This document shows positions 1 through 12,749 of a stretch of DNA of 64,000 nt, one piece after another. The first letter of the stretch is position 1, and each line of letters starts with the position of its first letter. Made by a program: the position numbers and the translations under genes. Origin of the DNA: Paraspadella gotoi (taxonomy: Eukaryota > Animalia > Chaetognatha); assembly GCA_051294375.1 (NCBI GenBank), contig JBJCIZ010000042.1, positions 89,970 through 153,969 on the forward strand. Direction: 5' to 3'. The notes under the pieces were generated by a model. The model made no database searches, had not been told where the DNA came from, and saw only the letters and a program-made list of their open reading frames with translations.

Positions 1-1513
1 AAAGCTCGGGTTCTCACAACAAATAAATTTTTAATCGAATTCTGACTCTCTAATAATTCTCGTTCTAGTGAACCAGACGCTCCATGTGTAAAATCACTGG
101 AACTCTTCTTTACTCTGGAACTAAAACTAGCTAGATTATACATAATCCTAAACTACACTTTGTACTAGATCACTCGTAATACATGAACTCTTTTTAAGAA
201 GAATCCTTATTATGTACTATGATTTATTGTACATAATAATAAAAAAACTATGGCATGTGGCCAAGAGACTATTACAAGCCTCACCTCTTCATTTTGCTCA
301 CAAATATCAATATTTTTTCTATTTGCCTTGACATGGCGATAATACTCCCCTTAAATACGCTTAGTAGATTGAGGGTGTAACAACTCATTTAAAAGTTTAC
401 CCATTCACCTTTTACTCTGAACACTCCTGGATCATACGCCGCTCTCCCGGTAATACTCAGAGTGAAGGACAGTCTGTGTTTGATAGCCTCTAATACTTGG
501 CCATCTCTTCTCGCCGAATGAGCCCGAAAGTTTTATGTCTCGATGTCTCAGAAATGTACGTATCTATAATCATTAGAGATAATGGTATACTCCGCGTGCT
601 ATTATATGTGAGAAAAATTTCGAGTACCCACTTAAGTAGGAAAGGAATGGCCGTCCTCCATAGGAGATCAAACTAATCAGCTCAAGAGAAAGAAATATCG
701 GCTCTTAGGAACCAAAGTGAAAGCTCGTCCTGCCACCAAACCTATCTTTAAGAGTAGACACTTGTTTGTAATATATGTACCAATGTAGAGCACAGTTAGG
801 TCATATACACATTCTTCACGGACTAGCCAAAAAGCGTTCCCTATGATCTCAAAACCGTCTCAACCGTATACTTCCTAGAATGGAAAAGAAGAAGACCTTA
901 ATCTCTGATTTGTTGATCACTAAGTGTAAGAGATTCAATGAAAGCTGCGTAAGGATAGAAGTGGTGGGACTGGGGGACGNNNNNNNNNNNNNNNNNNNNN
1001 NNNNNNNNNNNNNNNNNNNNNNNNNNNNNNNNNNNNNNNNNNNNNNNNNNNNNNNNNNNNNNNNNNNNNNNNNNNNNNNAGATCTTGTAAAGCAACTGGA
1101 GGAACAAAGGCTCCGCCGCCCTTCGCACGCGATCTCACTCTTGCCTCATACAATCCCAAATCAGGGCTTTGCGCGACGCGAAGATCGAAAATCTTTACTG
1201 CGGCATTGCAACCAAATTGCCTCTTCCTCAATTCCCAGCTCCCGAAGCCTCGATGCGAGGGTTAAATCTATCCCCTTGCCTTATCCCTCTCGTCCCCAAC
1301 CTCTGTAGTAGTTCACCCAATTCTGGACGGATGATTAGTCAGTTTCTGAATCATATTTTAAATTAGAATATTTTATTGTGCTACAAGAAATCGTTATTTT
1401 AAATCTTTTGACCATTTCGATTGTTCTTAATTCTATTGATCTTCTTGTTAAATGAAAAAGTATTTTTAATTTTGGATTTAAAATTGTTTTTGGTTTTGAA
1501 TCCAAAATTAAAA

Positions 1514-2496
1514 ATGAATTTCACGAGGGAATCTGTCTCGCTTTCGACTCAAAAACTCGTCAATGGTGTTAAAAAACTCATCGGCGATCAACTCAGAAGA
1601 CTCGAAGTTGAACTTTTAAATAAGGAAATAGAAAACGACGATGCGTGGGCTTTTGTTTATAACTACAAAGCCCGCCTCGATCAACACAAAAGCTGTGGCC
1701 TCATCGAGTGTCCCGAAGTTGCCACGGCTGAAACTCAAACGGAAGAATGCGCTTCTTCCTCTTCATCTGGCTGCAGCCTCGCGGCGCCTCCTGTCTCAGA
1801 AGTTCAAAATGACGGGGGAATGTCGCTATCGGAAAGCTGCAGCATCACGTCTCAATTCGAAAGATCATCTTGCAACGACGGGGGTCTGACCCCGCTGCCA
1901 TTTCAAAAATCTTGGCTCACTAAAAGCCGCAAGAATCCACGACGAAGGTTCTCACCTTTGCCAATTTCTTCAACGCCGGATCAAGTAAGGGAACTGACTT
2001 CAACACCTCGCGATTCACCGCGGTCCAAAAGAGAAAACGCTTGTTTCTTTTGTCAAAAGAAACATTTTCTTTCCTGCTGCTCTGATTTTAAAGTATCAGA
2101 GCCTCAAATAAAAAGGGACTTTTCAAAATGGAATCATCTCTGTTTCCGATGTCTTCGACGTGGACATGTTGCCCGCAATTGCCTTTCTGAGCGCCGTTGC
2201 ATCGTGTGTGACGGCGGTCATCAGTGCTTCACGACGTTTTCTTCCTGATGCCGTCAATGACAACGCCATCTTCAAGGGCTTCGGCATTGACGAAGGCGAT
2301 AGAAAAGGAAGCTACGTCGTCACTGGAAACTCAATCATCGCCCGAAGTGTCTAATCCAGGGACTTTGGATCTACCAAAAAGTCTTGAAACGACGGGGCTA
2401 TCTGATAAAAAAAAAACTATGAAGAATAACTTTGAATTTGTTATTTCACTTATATGTAATACCAAGTATCGTGATATGCGTACTATTCTACTTTAA
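1514..2496 (+). CDS. gag: BEL/Pao-type gag-derived ORF (coiled-coil N-terminus, Ser-rich middle, triple zinc knuckle), with one frameshift near 2222
   Basis: ORF 1421..2248 ends CFFCQKKHFLSCC...CFRCLRRGHVARNC...CIVCDGGH, the three-knuckle pattern of BEL/Pao Gag. The frame shifts into 'VLHDVFF...' (ORF 2224..2496), which completes the usual CxxCxxxHxxLLH third knuckle. First ATG at 1514. Confidence 0.75.
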
Positions 2497-2516
2497 CAAT
2501 ATTCATGTTAAATATT

Positions 2517-2838
2517 GGACGGGGGTGATAAGAATAGTTCGTCCTTTTCTCTCTAAAGACTCGTTCAGGTCATTTTAAAATGACCACTATTTAAAATGAC
2601 CATTTTGATTATTTTTACTTTCGTGAGAGCTTGCGATACGTTTTTAGTTTCTCTTCAGAGCTCAAATGTTGTACCCGCTTCGAAAACCCGTTTTTACGGG
2701 TCTCCGGTAGGATTTTGACTAATAAAGTTTCACAATAAAATAAGAAACGTCTTTTCTATTCGGGCCCATGTTAAGACAGTCGGAACGGGCAACGTTCGAA
2801 TGTTTGCCTTCGCGAGCGTGAGACCAAAATATCTCACA
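2517..2838 (+). mobile_element. Polypurine tract (2517-2525) plus putative 3' LTR (TG 2526...CA 2838) of the BEL/Pao-like element
   Basis: ggacggggg is followed directly by tgataag...; the segment contains aataaa and ends atctcaca before an (att)n run. An inverted copy of its interior lies at ~8875-9043. Confidence 0.6.
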
Positions 2839-2863
2839 ATTATTATTATTATTATTATTATTT
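2839..2863. repeat. (ATT)n microsatellite
   Basis: Visible attattatt run. Confidence 0.9.
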
Positions 2864-4308
2864 AAAGATCAGAGTTGTTTGACTTTATCTCCACTGATAA
2901 TTTAAGGTTAAGACTTTGTCATAATCTTTTTCTGTCGTTGTATATTCATGAGATACTAGAGGTGCTAAATGATAAAAAGTGCTTAACTGTATCCTTGTTA
3001 GTAATATTTTAATGTAGAACTACCTAATTTAGTAATTAACTTTCTTTCAAATTTTGTCTCTCTTATTTCTGTAAGTTCCAAAGTTTAATATTTCATAGAT
3101 TCCCTGGAACTCGGCGCCTATTTTGTAAACATTTTGTCTAAGTAGAATAAACAAAGGAAGAGAGACGAGAGGGAGGCCGAGATTTTAGTACATTCCATTT
3201 TTAGATCTCAAGGGAGTAAGACGCAATATTTTAACAACTGTTTGATTTATTAATACAACTTTGGCAATCTACAATTATTTCAGGTAACTTCAAAAACTAA
3301 TTAGACAGACTATGCGTAGTTCAGCTCTCTATCCGTCATCTATTGAGGGCCACAGGTCACATTACCGACATGGTGGCCAGCGTTGTTCGCTTAACGGACA
3401 GCCTCGAAGTTATCTGTACGTGCGAATGATTGTTTTTGTCTGAGTTGATAAGGGGGAAATATAAGATTTTTTTTCTTTTCCCAATGAAACAAAATGCATT
3501 GTAAAGTGAAGAAATTTTTTCTTAAAACGTTTAGTATATTTTTTTGTTTTTGTTTTTGTTTTAGCCTCTCTGACATACGAAAATGATTTATTGTTGATAA
3601 CGATGAATTTTTGGATGTTTTTACTCGAAAACCAAAGCATTAACCTAAAGCCAAATAAATAGATCACGACTTTCTTATTATGTTAAATATTTTTATTTTC
3701 ACGCCTCACTCGACGTCCAGTCAAACGATTTTTTTCGAGCTTTCTTTCCTTTAATTCCTCACTTTCTGATTATCTCTCCAACCCTCTCGCAAAATAATAT
3801 TTTATTTTCATGATTCAACGAATTCTTTCGAATTTTTGGCACTAATTTGGACATAAAAAAGAATTAGTGTAAACGATGTGATCTATGTTTAACGAATTTC
3901 GACGTTTTGGTTAATTATTTATTTTTGCTCGGTTCCTATTTAAATTGTTTTTCGGCATGAAATTTCTTTTCTTTTATTATATTGCACGGTTGAAACAAAC
4001 AATGTATTTGTGTAACAATAATAAATGGCACGGTATGTTACAAAGCATTTGAAATTGGGTCAAATAATATAAACAAGTTGGAACAGAATTTTTCCTTCCT
4101 TTGGGCGGAGGGGAAAGCGTACCTAAAGAAACGAAAAATTATCTGAGTAAACAAATTTATACTATTTTCACCAGGATTACAAGGAAACCAGAACCGGACC
4201 GTTAAGATTTCGAATTTCGAATTTCGATTACGGATTCACGACGGATTGCTTTCTACGACCGATTATTTCATTGTATAAAAAAAAAAACGAATATAAGCCA
4301 AATCGACG

Positions 4309-4630
4309 ATGTCCTCACATGTTGAATTGGAATCATGGCCGACGCAAGAGCTCGACCCGCGATCATGGACGAAGAGACGACGGTTGATCAATAACATTCT
4401 AAACAACTATGCATGCCTTCAATGGCTCCGCGATCAGGGCGTCGACGTGGGAGATGACGTCGATCATGATTTCCCTCTGAGATTGCCGCTGCCAGACGAA
4501 CGCCCACCGCTTTCGACGACGAAGACGGGAGACCTCTTTGCGAGGTTATGAGGCGACGATGGCTGACGCGTCGTTGGAAACCGCGGCGCCGCCGACTGTT
4601 ACATTTTCCGACGCCAATAGTGTACAAAGG
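4309..4630 (+). pseudogene. Degraded unknown ORF (MSSHVELESW...; frameshifts into ...TVTFSDANSVQR)
   Basis: Overlapping ORFs 4309..4551 and 4538..4843 with coding-like GC content; no recognisable family. Confidence 0.3.
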
Positions 4631-4840
4631 TCAAAGGTGCGAGAGGTATCCAAAGGTCAAAGGTTGTTGCGAGAGGTTTCCAAGGTCAAAGGTTGTTGCG
4701 AGAGGTTTCCAAAGGTAAAGGTTGTGCGAGAGGTTTCCAAAGGTAAAGGTTTGCGAGAGGTTTCCAAAGGTAAAGGTTTGCGAGAGGTTTCCAAAGGTAA
4801 AGGTTGCGAGAGGTTCAAAGGTAAAGGTCTGCGAGAGGTG
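4619..4840 (+). repeat. ~23-bp tandem array (aaaggtttgcgagaggtttccaa-type)
   Basis: About 8 visible units; inverted counterpart at 6872-7033. Confidence 0.9.
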
Positions 4841-5125
4841 TAAATGTAAAGGACTAAATGTGAAGCATCGGAGCATTCTCCTGCTGCTGTAAATACATAT
4901 ATCAACTAAACGATACAAAAGAAAAGTGTACGATAAACGTCACTTCGACCGATGATTTATTAGCAAACAAACCAAAACTCGAAATCGAAGTTTGAAAATA
5001 TAGAATTGCCGACGCTTTCACAAATAGGAAGCGAAAGAATTCTAAAATTACAAAACGACTCGACGAAATACAAAGGTGGAAATCTTGGATCATAAACAAC
5101 GAAACTCGGCCACGAAAAGCGACGC
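4841..5125 (+). repeat. Left arm of a diverged inverted duplication containing a coding remnant
   Basis: Reverse complement of ~6574-6870 (tcggagcatt-ctcctgctgctgtaa; tcgaccgatgatttattagcaaa; gtggaaatcttggatca). Confidence 0.8.
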
Positions 5126-6367
5126 TTACAATTAGAGTCACATGACTTAACGATATTACGACACTCTCGCTTTTCAAAATAAATAGTCAGCAAATTATTT
5201 TTAGTTATTTTGAAATAGAAATTTGTAAAGGAAATGAGAAAATACGCATAATAATTTAATAGTAATAAACAGCTGACCGAAATGAGGGAAAGTACACCAT
5301 AATATGGACATTGTAATTTTAATACTGTTTTTAAAATTATATACTATATGCCTGGAATGCGACGACGAATTACGACGAATCAGAAACTGTCATGTTTGTG
5401 TGAGTTAAACTAAAACCGACGGTGAAGGAGAAACCATCGACAAAAATGCCTTTCGCACCGAGAAATACTTTCTTGCGATTTGTTGGGCCGATAGCAAACT
5501 CGAAGGTATAAATATATATTCACTCTAAAGACGCTTATAGTAGAATCTTTTAATACCATTGAAGATGTCGCTACAGATTTTCTTAAAGATATTGAATCTC
5601 ATGGAATTTGGGATTGCGTTTCGATCGATGGTAAATGGTGACTCAACGAAAGATCGATCGAACTTATACAATTATCGTTTTCGTTTTACGTTTCGATGCA
5701 AAGATGGGTTGGGTAGATGCCCTCACCCTGGCGGCCAGTGCGGGTTTTTAGTTAAAATAAAATATTATTTTGGTAGGAAATTTTGTAAACACTAATGCAG
5801 AAAATTGTTTTCGTTCATTCTGCTCGGCAAACTCGGCCGGAAATATGGGAAATCATGTTCCAGTCAGCCCGACCATTTTACTTTTATTTGGTCGTTCTTG
5901 TTGCATTGTCAATTGTCTGTCTGGCATTGCTCAGCGCATCGTCCCCTTCAATGTCGTCATTGTGTCAGTAAGAGAAAGGTGCAAATTAATTCAGTGCCGA
6001 ATACATGCAAAAGAAATAATTTCGAAATGAAAAGTGCAAAGAAATTCGTGCAACAGATATTAAAAGGGTGCAAAAATTTCAGGATCGTCCTGTTCGAAGT
6101 ATCGTTTGTGGTTCCTTGTACTCTGCTCAATCACCGCAACAAGAGCAAGAAACATCCGGTTGCGCCTCAACGTTTTTTTTTTTTTTTTTCTCAAATTTTG
6201 TCCAACCTTTTCCAGGTTGACTTCGATCAACATTACATTTTCGATATGCATGTATTACCCTTTACTTTCATCTCAACATTTTCAAAAATGATAAATAAAT
6301 AATTCTGTTTATAATTCAGTTAAATTAATAACAAAATCGTATCTCGAGTGAGGCGACTTCCGATCGA

Positions 6368-6370
<3 letters not shown>

Positions 6371-6400
<30 letters not shown>
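6371..6400. repeat. (CT)n microsatellite
   Basis: Visible. Confidence 0.9.
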
Positions 6401-6404
<4 letters not shown>

Positions 6405-6573
6405 CGCCTCACAAGTCTGTTGTTTACTTTCAAACGTCGCCGTAAGATGCTGTAAATAAAATGATTACTAAATATCGGTCATGCGGCGAAGCATTATTAT
6501 TATACTAATGTTCACACCGATTTGATTAATTTTGAATAATTACTATTAATTTTAATAATAACTTGTTCGACTT

Positions 6574-7033
6574 GTCGCTCTTCATTGGCCGAGATTCGTC
6601 GTCAGTGATCCAAGATTTCCACTTTTTTATCTCGGTCAAGTGTTTTGAAATTTGAGAATTCTTTCGCTCCCTATTTGCGAAAGCTTCGGCAATTCTATAT
6701 TTTGAATCGTTTCTTTTATTTCAAGTTTCGGTTTATTTGCTAATAAATCATCGGTCGATGTTACTTTTATGTACATTTTTCTTTCAATTATTTAGTTGAG
6801 ATATACAATTACAGCAGCAGGAGCAATGCTCCGATTACATTACACATTACAATTATACATTAACATTACATTAAACCTCTCGCAGACCTTTACCTTTGAA
6901 ACCTCTCGCAACAACCTTTACCTTTGAAACCTCTCGCAAACCTTTACCTTTGGAACCTCTCGCAACCTTTACCTTTGAAACCTCTCGCAAACCTTTACCT
7001 TTGGAACCTCTCCAACCTTTACCTTTGTACACT
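6574..7033 (-). repeat. Right arm of the inverted duplication, including the 23-bp array (6872-7033)
   Basis: acctttacctttggaacctctcgcaa units are the reverse complement of the 4619-4840 array; both arms start agtgtacaaagg. Confidence 0.85.
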
Positions 7034-7776
7034 GCCATCCTGCAGGCGGATTCGTTTGCTTCTTGAGTTTCAACCCCTGAGGTGCAGCGGATTCCACTTT
7101 CAGATCCAGGGCCCAAAAAGATTCTAAAGGGAAGATTTCTGACTCATCTGAATTTATTTTAGATATTTTAGATATTTTTACCAAGGGCCCTCTTTTCCCC
7201 CTTTCAAAAATAAATTCATTTCATTTCGTTTCTCCTCAGAGAAAAGGTTTTTGTAGGGATAACCTCACCCTGTGATTTCTAATAATAATAATATCGCGAA
7301 AATATTTTTAGCCTCTGACATTTTCGAATTTTCTAATTTTCGTCGCTCGGTTCCAAACTTCTGATAATTGATCGGCGGCATTTAAAGTCGAGGTATGAAA
7401 CGAACAATAATGTTATATCTATACTAAGCCAATAAACAACTCTAAAATCGACAAAAACATGAGTTTTACAAAATTTATATTTTCGTTTTCGTCGGTCTGT
7501 CCAGCTACTATATTTAGCTTCCTCTGGAGAACGGAATAAGGTAACCCTTTCACCTTTTATTTTAATATATTTTTCATAATCATACTGTCATTGAATGCCT
7601 TCACATCACTACCTATTAAATTCGGACATTCATTTACCATCACATGCGCAAAAACAGAAAAATCGATATTAAAATCTTCATCAAATGTCATCAATTCAAT
7701 CACATTAAAAAAAGAAGTGGTGCTATCGAACCCGGGCGCGGAGCTCTCGATGCCAGACCCGAGCGAATCCTGGCGC

Positions 7777-7810
<34 letters not shown>

Positions 7811-8092
7811 GCGGCGGCGGCGCGGAAGTCGTCGAGAACCCCAATCCGTCGCAACTCCTTCCTGGTGATCGTCGGTTCGATTTTGCGCTTGCGTCTCCTG
7901 ATGAAACGTCGGCGCGTCGCGTATCCAGTACTGCGGAGCAGCGTCGTTCGTCGATTCTTGCGTCTGCTGCGGCGGCGGCTGCATCGGTGGGTGCAACATC
8001 GATTGATGCTGCTGAAACTGAAATCGTTGCATCGTTTGCTGCGTGTCNNNNNNNNNNNNNNNNNNNNNNNNNGCCGGGCCAAAATTGAACAT
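7034..8092 (-). pseudogene. Degraded unknown ORF with Q/P-rich N-terminus and a poly-Ala (GCG)n tract
   Basis: ORFs 7700..8092 and 7557..7844 join by a frameshift; further downstream the frames are protein-like but full of stops. Confidence 0.3.
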
Positions 8093-8874
8093 CGTTTTTA
8101 TAACTTCTTGTTCTCTGTAAAATTTATTTTTTTTCTTCTATACTAAATCGATTTTCAATGAACTTTTGAATTAGTTCATTGGGTTGTTGCACTGAAGCTT
8201 TTAAATATTTATTAATATATAATAAATATGATAAAGTGATTTGACGGAATTGTGCCAGGAAAAGATGAGACTTAGATGGAAAAAATCATAGTCACATTAG
8301 CTTGAAATCTTTAATATTAATGATTACTACTAACAGTACTTAATTAATGAATTATATTTATTTAAATGTAAAAAGATCATTAAAACATCGAAAAAAAGAT
8401 CGTCCAATTGCAAATAAAGAGGAGTACGGGAGATAGCTCAGAGAAAATTTAGGAGTGGATAACGCACCCAAACCATAAACCAATCCAAAACAACAACTTG
8501 CTTTCAAGGGCATATGGCGTCAATGCGCGTCTTACGTATGTCATTTTAAAAACAGATTTGGAATTCTTCAAACGCATATTTTAGCCTAGTACTTGACGAC
8601 ATCAAGTTAACGGAAAATTAAAAAGAAAATTATTCTAATATTTTTAGTTAATATCTATCGATTTGCAATGAAAAAAAGGCACTAGATATAGGCATGCGGA
8701 TTTGAAATCAATGTTTTCGGCAATATGATTTATCAAATTTTATGTATTTGTAAGTATTTTAAGTATTTTTATTCAAGTGAGTTAAAATAACAAATTTTTT
8801 TTTATTCGCTTAATTTTATTTCCTGGACGCTTTAAACGGCCAGACGTCCCTAAATTAATAAGAGTCGAGATTCT

Positions 8875-9043
8875 GCTGAAAACCGGTTTTCGAAAGCGGG
8901 ACAAACAGTTTGAGCCTGAAGAGAAACTAAAAACGCGTTATCCGCAAGTCTCTCCACGAAAGTAAAAAAATAATCAAAATGGTTCACATTTTAGGAATGT
9001 GGGTTCATTTTAAAATTTACCCCTGAAGCGAGTCATTAGAGAG
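8875..9043 (-). mobile_element. Inverted fragment of the 2526-2838 LTR
   Basis: Reverse complement matches ~2545-2695 (cgaaagcggg, gaagagaaactaaaaacg, cacgaaagtaaaaa...taatcaaaatgg), with indels. Confidence 0.75.
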
Positions 9044-9226
9044 AAACAAGTTTGAGCAAGACATATGTCGGATCTGCCTACATATAATTAAAGCCGGTAT
9101 CTCTAATCAGGATGATAAATCACAAATATTATTTAAAAATTTTTTTTAACTCTGCATCATTTTTTTAACTCAGCATTATTTTTTTAAGCTCATGTAATTT
9201 TTTTCAGAAGCACTAATTTTTCAACT

Positions 9227-9449
9227 TGAAAGAGACAGTAATTATTTGTTAATGGACGTTAATAGTGCAGTACCCTGAGCTTGCGATCAGCTGTAACACC
9301 CGTGTTACAGGGGGTTAAGCGCCCCGTCCCTCTTAACTGCAAGCGACCACCGGGCTAGAACCCCGGACCTTTGGGTTGGGAGGCGAATGACTTGCCTCCG
9401 GCACCAAATGGCCGCTGATGAACGGTTGGTGGATTTTTAGTCCACCATA
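9227..9449 (-). mobile_element. tRNA-related SINE-like element, copy 1
   Basis: ~230-bp unit present four times. The minus strand has an A-box-like tggtgccggagg and a B-box-like ggttctagccc. Confidence 0.55.
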
Positions 9450-9631
9450 ACATCCCCCCTCCCGTAGGAGAAATCTGTTGGTCTCTTCAGTGAATTGTTG
9501 TTGTTGGTGGAAAGTTCGTCACCTAAGTTGAGGCATGTCGCCTGATGTGTTGTTGGGGAAAGTGCATCGCCAGTTGAGGCTGTCGCCTGAAAGTGTTGTT
9601 GTTGCTGTTGTGTTCGACGTCGGGCTCACCA

Positions 9632-9912
9632 TGAAGAGACAGTAATTATTGATAGTGTTAATGACAGAACCGTTCATATAAGCAGTCCCTGAGCTTCGGA
9701 TCAGGCTGTAACACCTGGTTTACATAAACGTTAAGCGCCCCGTCCCTCTTAACTGCGCAGACAAGCGACCTATTTTTTAGGAGTGCTAATAGACCTCACG
9801 GATCTTTTGGGTTGTGGATGGCGATATAGACTTGCCTCCGGCAGGCCTACCAATATTTTTGGACCAGTCGGATTGAACAGTATGGAGTTTGGATTTTTTT
9901 ATGTTCCACCAT
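9632..9912 (-). mobile_element. SINE-like element, copy 2
   Basis: Same unit: gaagagacagt...gcagtccctgagcttcggatcaggctgtaacac...gacttgcctccggca...tccaccata. Confidence 0.55.
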
Positions 9913-10059
9913 ATAACTACATCCATTTACTTTCAATTTACCTCATTTCTACAGATTGGGCGCTAATTTTTCTTACAGTCGCAGTCATTTATTTTTCACA
10001 ACGCAACATTTAATTATATATTTCACTAATGCATTTTTTCAATTTACGTCATTTTAGTT

Positions 10060-10320
10060 ATCATTTGTCATAATTTTGCATAATTTTTTTTTTAACTTGC
10101 ATCATTTTTCATACTTGCATAATTTCTCTTTTTACCAACTTGCATATTTTTATTCTTTCAACATGCATAATTTTTTCAACTTGCATAATTTTTTTCAACT
10201 TGAATCATTTGCATATTTTTTTCAATCTTGTATTTTTTCACTGCATATTTTTTTCAACTTGAATAATTTTTTTCGAAAAACTTGCATAATTTTTTTAAAA
10301 TTGTATCATTTTTCAATAAT
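10060..10320. repeat. ~19-bp minisatellite (ttttttcaacttgcataa)
   Basis: More than 10 degenerate units; related units at 9140-9226. Confidence 0.8.
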
Positions 10321-11335
10321 TAATTTATATTAATTAAAAACATTTATTAGAATTCATAAATAAAAAAGATTCAAGAAATATGAATTATGTTTTGTCTCCA
10401 TTTAAATTCATTCCACAGGCACCAATTCTGTCAAAATTTATATCTACTTGCTTCTTATCACAACTTTCCTTTTCAATCTATTAATTCAATTATGATTAAT
10501 TCGAGTAATTATGGGTTAAATAGTAACATTGCATTAAACAAGATCGTGAAAAAAAAGATTCAAGTAAATGTTGAACTCATTTATTTTTTTTATTTAAAAC
10601 TCATTTCCACTCGTCAGTTTCCAACGGAAACTTTGTATCAAGCTTCGTTCAAACATCCTACCTACGCACAAATTTCACTATCTGATTATCTATTAGATAC
10701 ATTGAGTATTATTGGGTTCAATAAATAAGTGACAAAAATTTTGTAATGCACTATTTTTTTCCCATTTAAACTCAATTTCCACTCGGAGACGATTCAAATC
10801 GAAAACTTCATATTAGCCTCATCCACACTGTCTTCAGACCCACAACACAAAATTTATATTCCAATCCATCCACGCCAATCACGAGTATTGGGTGTTTTTG
10901 CTAAGATGGGAGGGGATGGACGGATTACCGGAACATTATATTATATTTTGGCATAATTTTATTTATAATTCTGATTGTTCTGACATTGATTTAAGTTAGT
11001 GCCTGACAATATTGAGGGGGCGGACCTACGGAACGAACAAGTTGGAATTATAGAGTCGGGATCTGCAGGTGATAAGGCAGATCGACTAAAACATCAAACT
11101 AATATCTTATCATCTTATCTCTCAGACAGAAGACCAAATTTCATAGAAAGTAGTAAAGCGAAAATGCTCATAGTAGGAAGAAAGTAAGTAGAGCAAATCC
11201 GTGCACGTAGGAATGAGAAAAAAATTTAAGGTGAACGAAAAAAATTAAAAAAAAAGGAACAATATTTCCAAATAAAAAAATTTTACAATTTCTGGCATTC
11301 AAATCAGTAATTTAAAGTAATGGACTAAAGGGTAC

Positions 11336-12085
11336 TTTTTTAGTCGGATCTGCTTATCAGCAGATCCCGACTCTATAATTCACTTTGGTCGTCCGCCCCT
11401 CAATATTGTCGGGCACACACTTATATCATGTCAGAACATCGAATTATGATAAATTATGCAAAAAAATATGTCTGTCTGTCCTGCCGTCCGTCTCCTACCT
11501 TAGCAAAAAACACCAATTACTTCGTGATTGGATGATGGATTTGAATGAAATTTTGTGTGTGGTAGGAAGTGTGTGATTGAGCTGATATGAAGTTTCGATG
11601 GAATCGTCGAGTGGAAATGAGTTTAAATGGAAAAAAAAAAAATATATTTCACTATTTGAACACCATTGCTCATGAGTGGATGGGGCGATTGACCTGAATT
11701 TTGTATGTGGGTAGGAAAGGTGTGATTGAAGCTGGAAATCAAGTTTCGATGGAATCGTGAGTGGAAATGAGTTTAAATGGAAAAAACAAAAAACCTGTTT
11801 CACTATTGATTATGCTTTTCCTTTTATATTAAATGTAAATGCAAGATGTATTAATTAATAATTAATATAATTAATCAATTAGTCAATTAATTATAAATAT
11901 TTAATTAGTCAATAAATCAATCAATATCAAACATTCGCGATAAAAACTAAACAAAACTTTGGAATCAAATTAATTAATTAATTATATTAATTCATTAATT
12001 AATTAAAATTAATTTAATTTTAATTAATTAATTACCAATAATGATCTGGGCAGATCGACATTGTTTGCCTCAAAACTTGTTTTTT
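11336..12085 (+). mobile_element. Helentron/DINE-1-like HINE, plus copy
   Basis: Starts in a T-run with tagtcggatctgct..gcagatcccgact (subterminal inverted repeat), has a gtctgtctgtcc/gtccgtc microsatellite, and ends gcagatcgaca...ttgcctcaaaacttgttttt. A further 3' end lies at ~12425-12460 and an inverted 5'-end remnant at ~12130-12190. Confidence 0.6.
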
Positions 12086-12749
12086 ATAGCTTTTCATACT
12101 TTGTTAAAATTTTTAGAAAACACAATTTTGAGGGGGTGCGGACCCGACGGACGCGATCGAAAGTGAATTTAATGTCCGGGATCATAAAAATAATAACGAA
12201 ACGGAAAACAAAGCGAATTGATAAAATAAAGAATTAAAAAATAAGTATTAAAAAATGACTGGATTAAATAAAGAAGGAATCAAAGGAAAGCTCGAAAGCA
12301 TATTATTGTTGTCGTCATCTCCTGCCATTTGCTTTTTGTCCGTGATTAGTTGTGAAAGTCTAATAAAAACATTTTGGATCAAATTAATTAATTTATAATT
12401 GCTAAATTACGCTAAAATGGATCGTGGGCATATCCGACATTAGTTGCTCAAACTTGTTTTGAATTCTTGACGAGGCTTTAGGCGGGTGTAAAAAAGATCG
12501 ACCGAGTAGATAATGAGAACGAAGACAATTAACTACACTGCCCTCCAAAATCGTAGGATTTTAATTATCTTACCTACGAATTAAAAATGTTTGGCTGCCT
12601 GTCGGTTTTTTGTGCTATTCTTTGTAGCAAGAATTTTAAAAATTGGCGTCAATAAAAGGGAAGATATTGTTCTTTTAAAGATTCATCGATATTCGTTGCA
12701 TATTTAGGATTCATTGAAATTTTCTCCATTAATTTGATTTATTTAAAAA

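Larger units (their letters stand above)
9044..11091 (-). mobile_element. Helentron/DINE-1-like non-autonomous element (HINE), minus copy, carrying SINE-like insertions and a minisatellite
   Basis: Its 5' end (gcagatcgactaaaa, ~11078-11091) and 3' end (aaacaagtttgagcaag...tgtcggatctgcc, 9044-9078) are reverse complements of the ends of the plus copy at 11336-12085. Confidence 0.55.

Noticed and set aside
1-1308. Possible retroelement pol remnant and ORF 880..1308
   Set aside because: No recognisable motif, and the ORF spans an N gap.
9405-9449. CTGATGA motif suggesting a hammerhead ribozyme in the SINE-like repeat
   Set aside because: I could not find a correctly placed GAAA with the required stems.
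10076-10333. Phe/Asn-rich ORFs, and similar ORFs at 62139-62679
   Set aside because: Translations of minisatellites.
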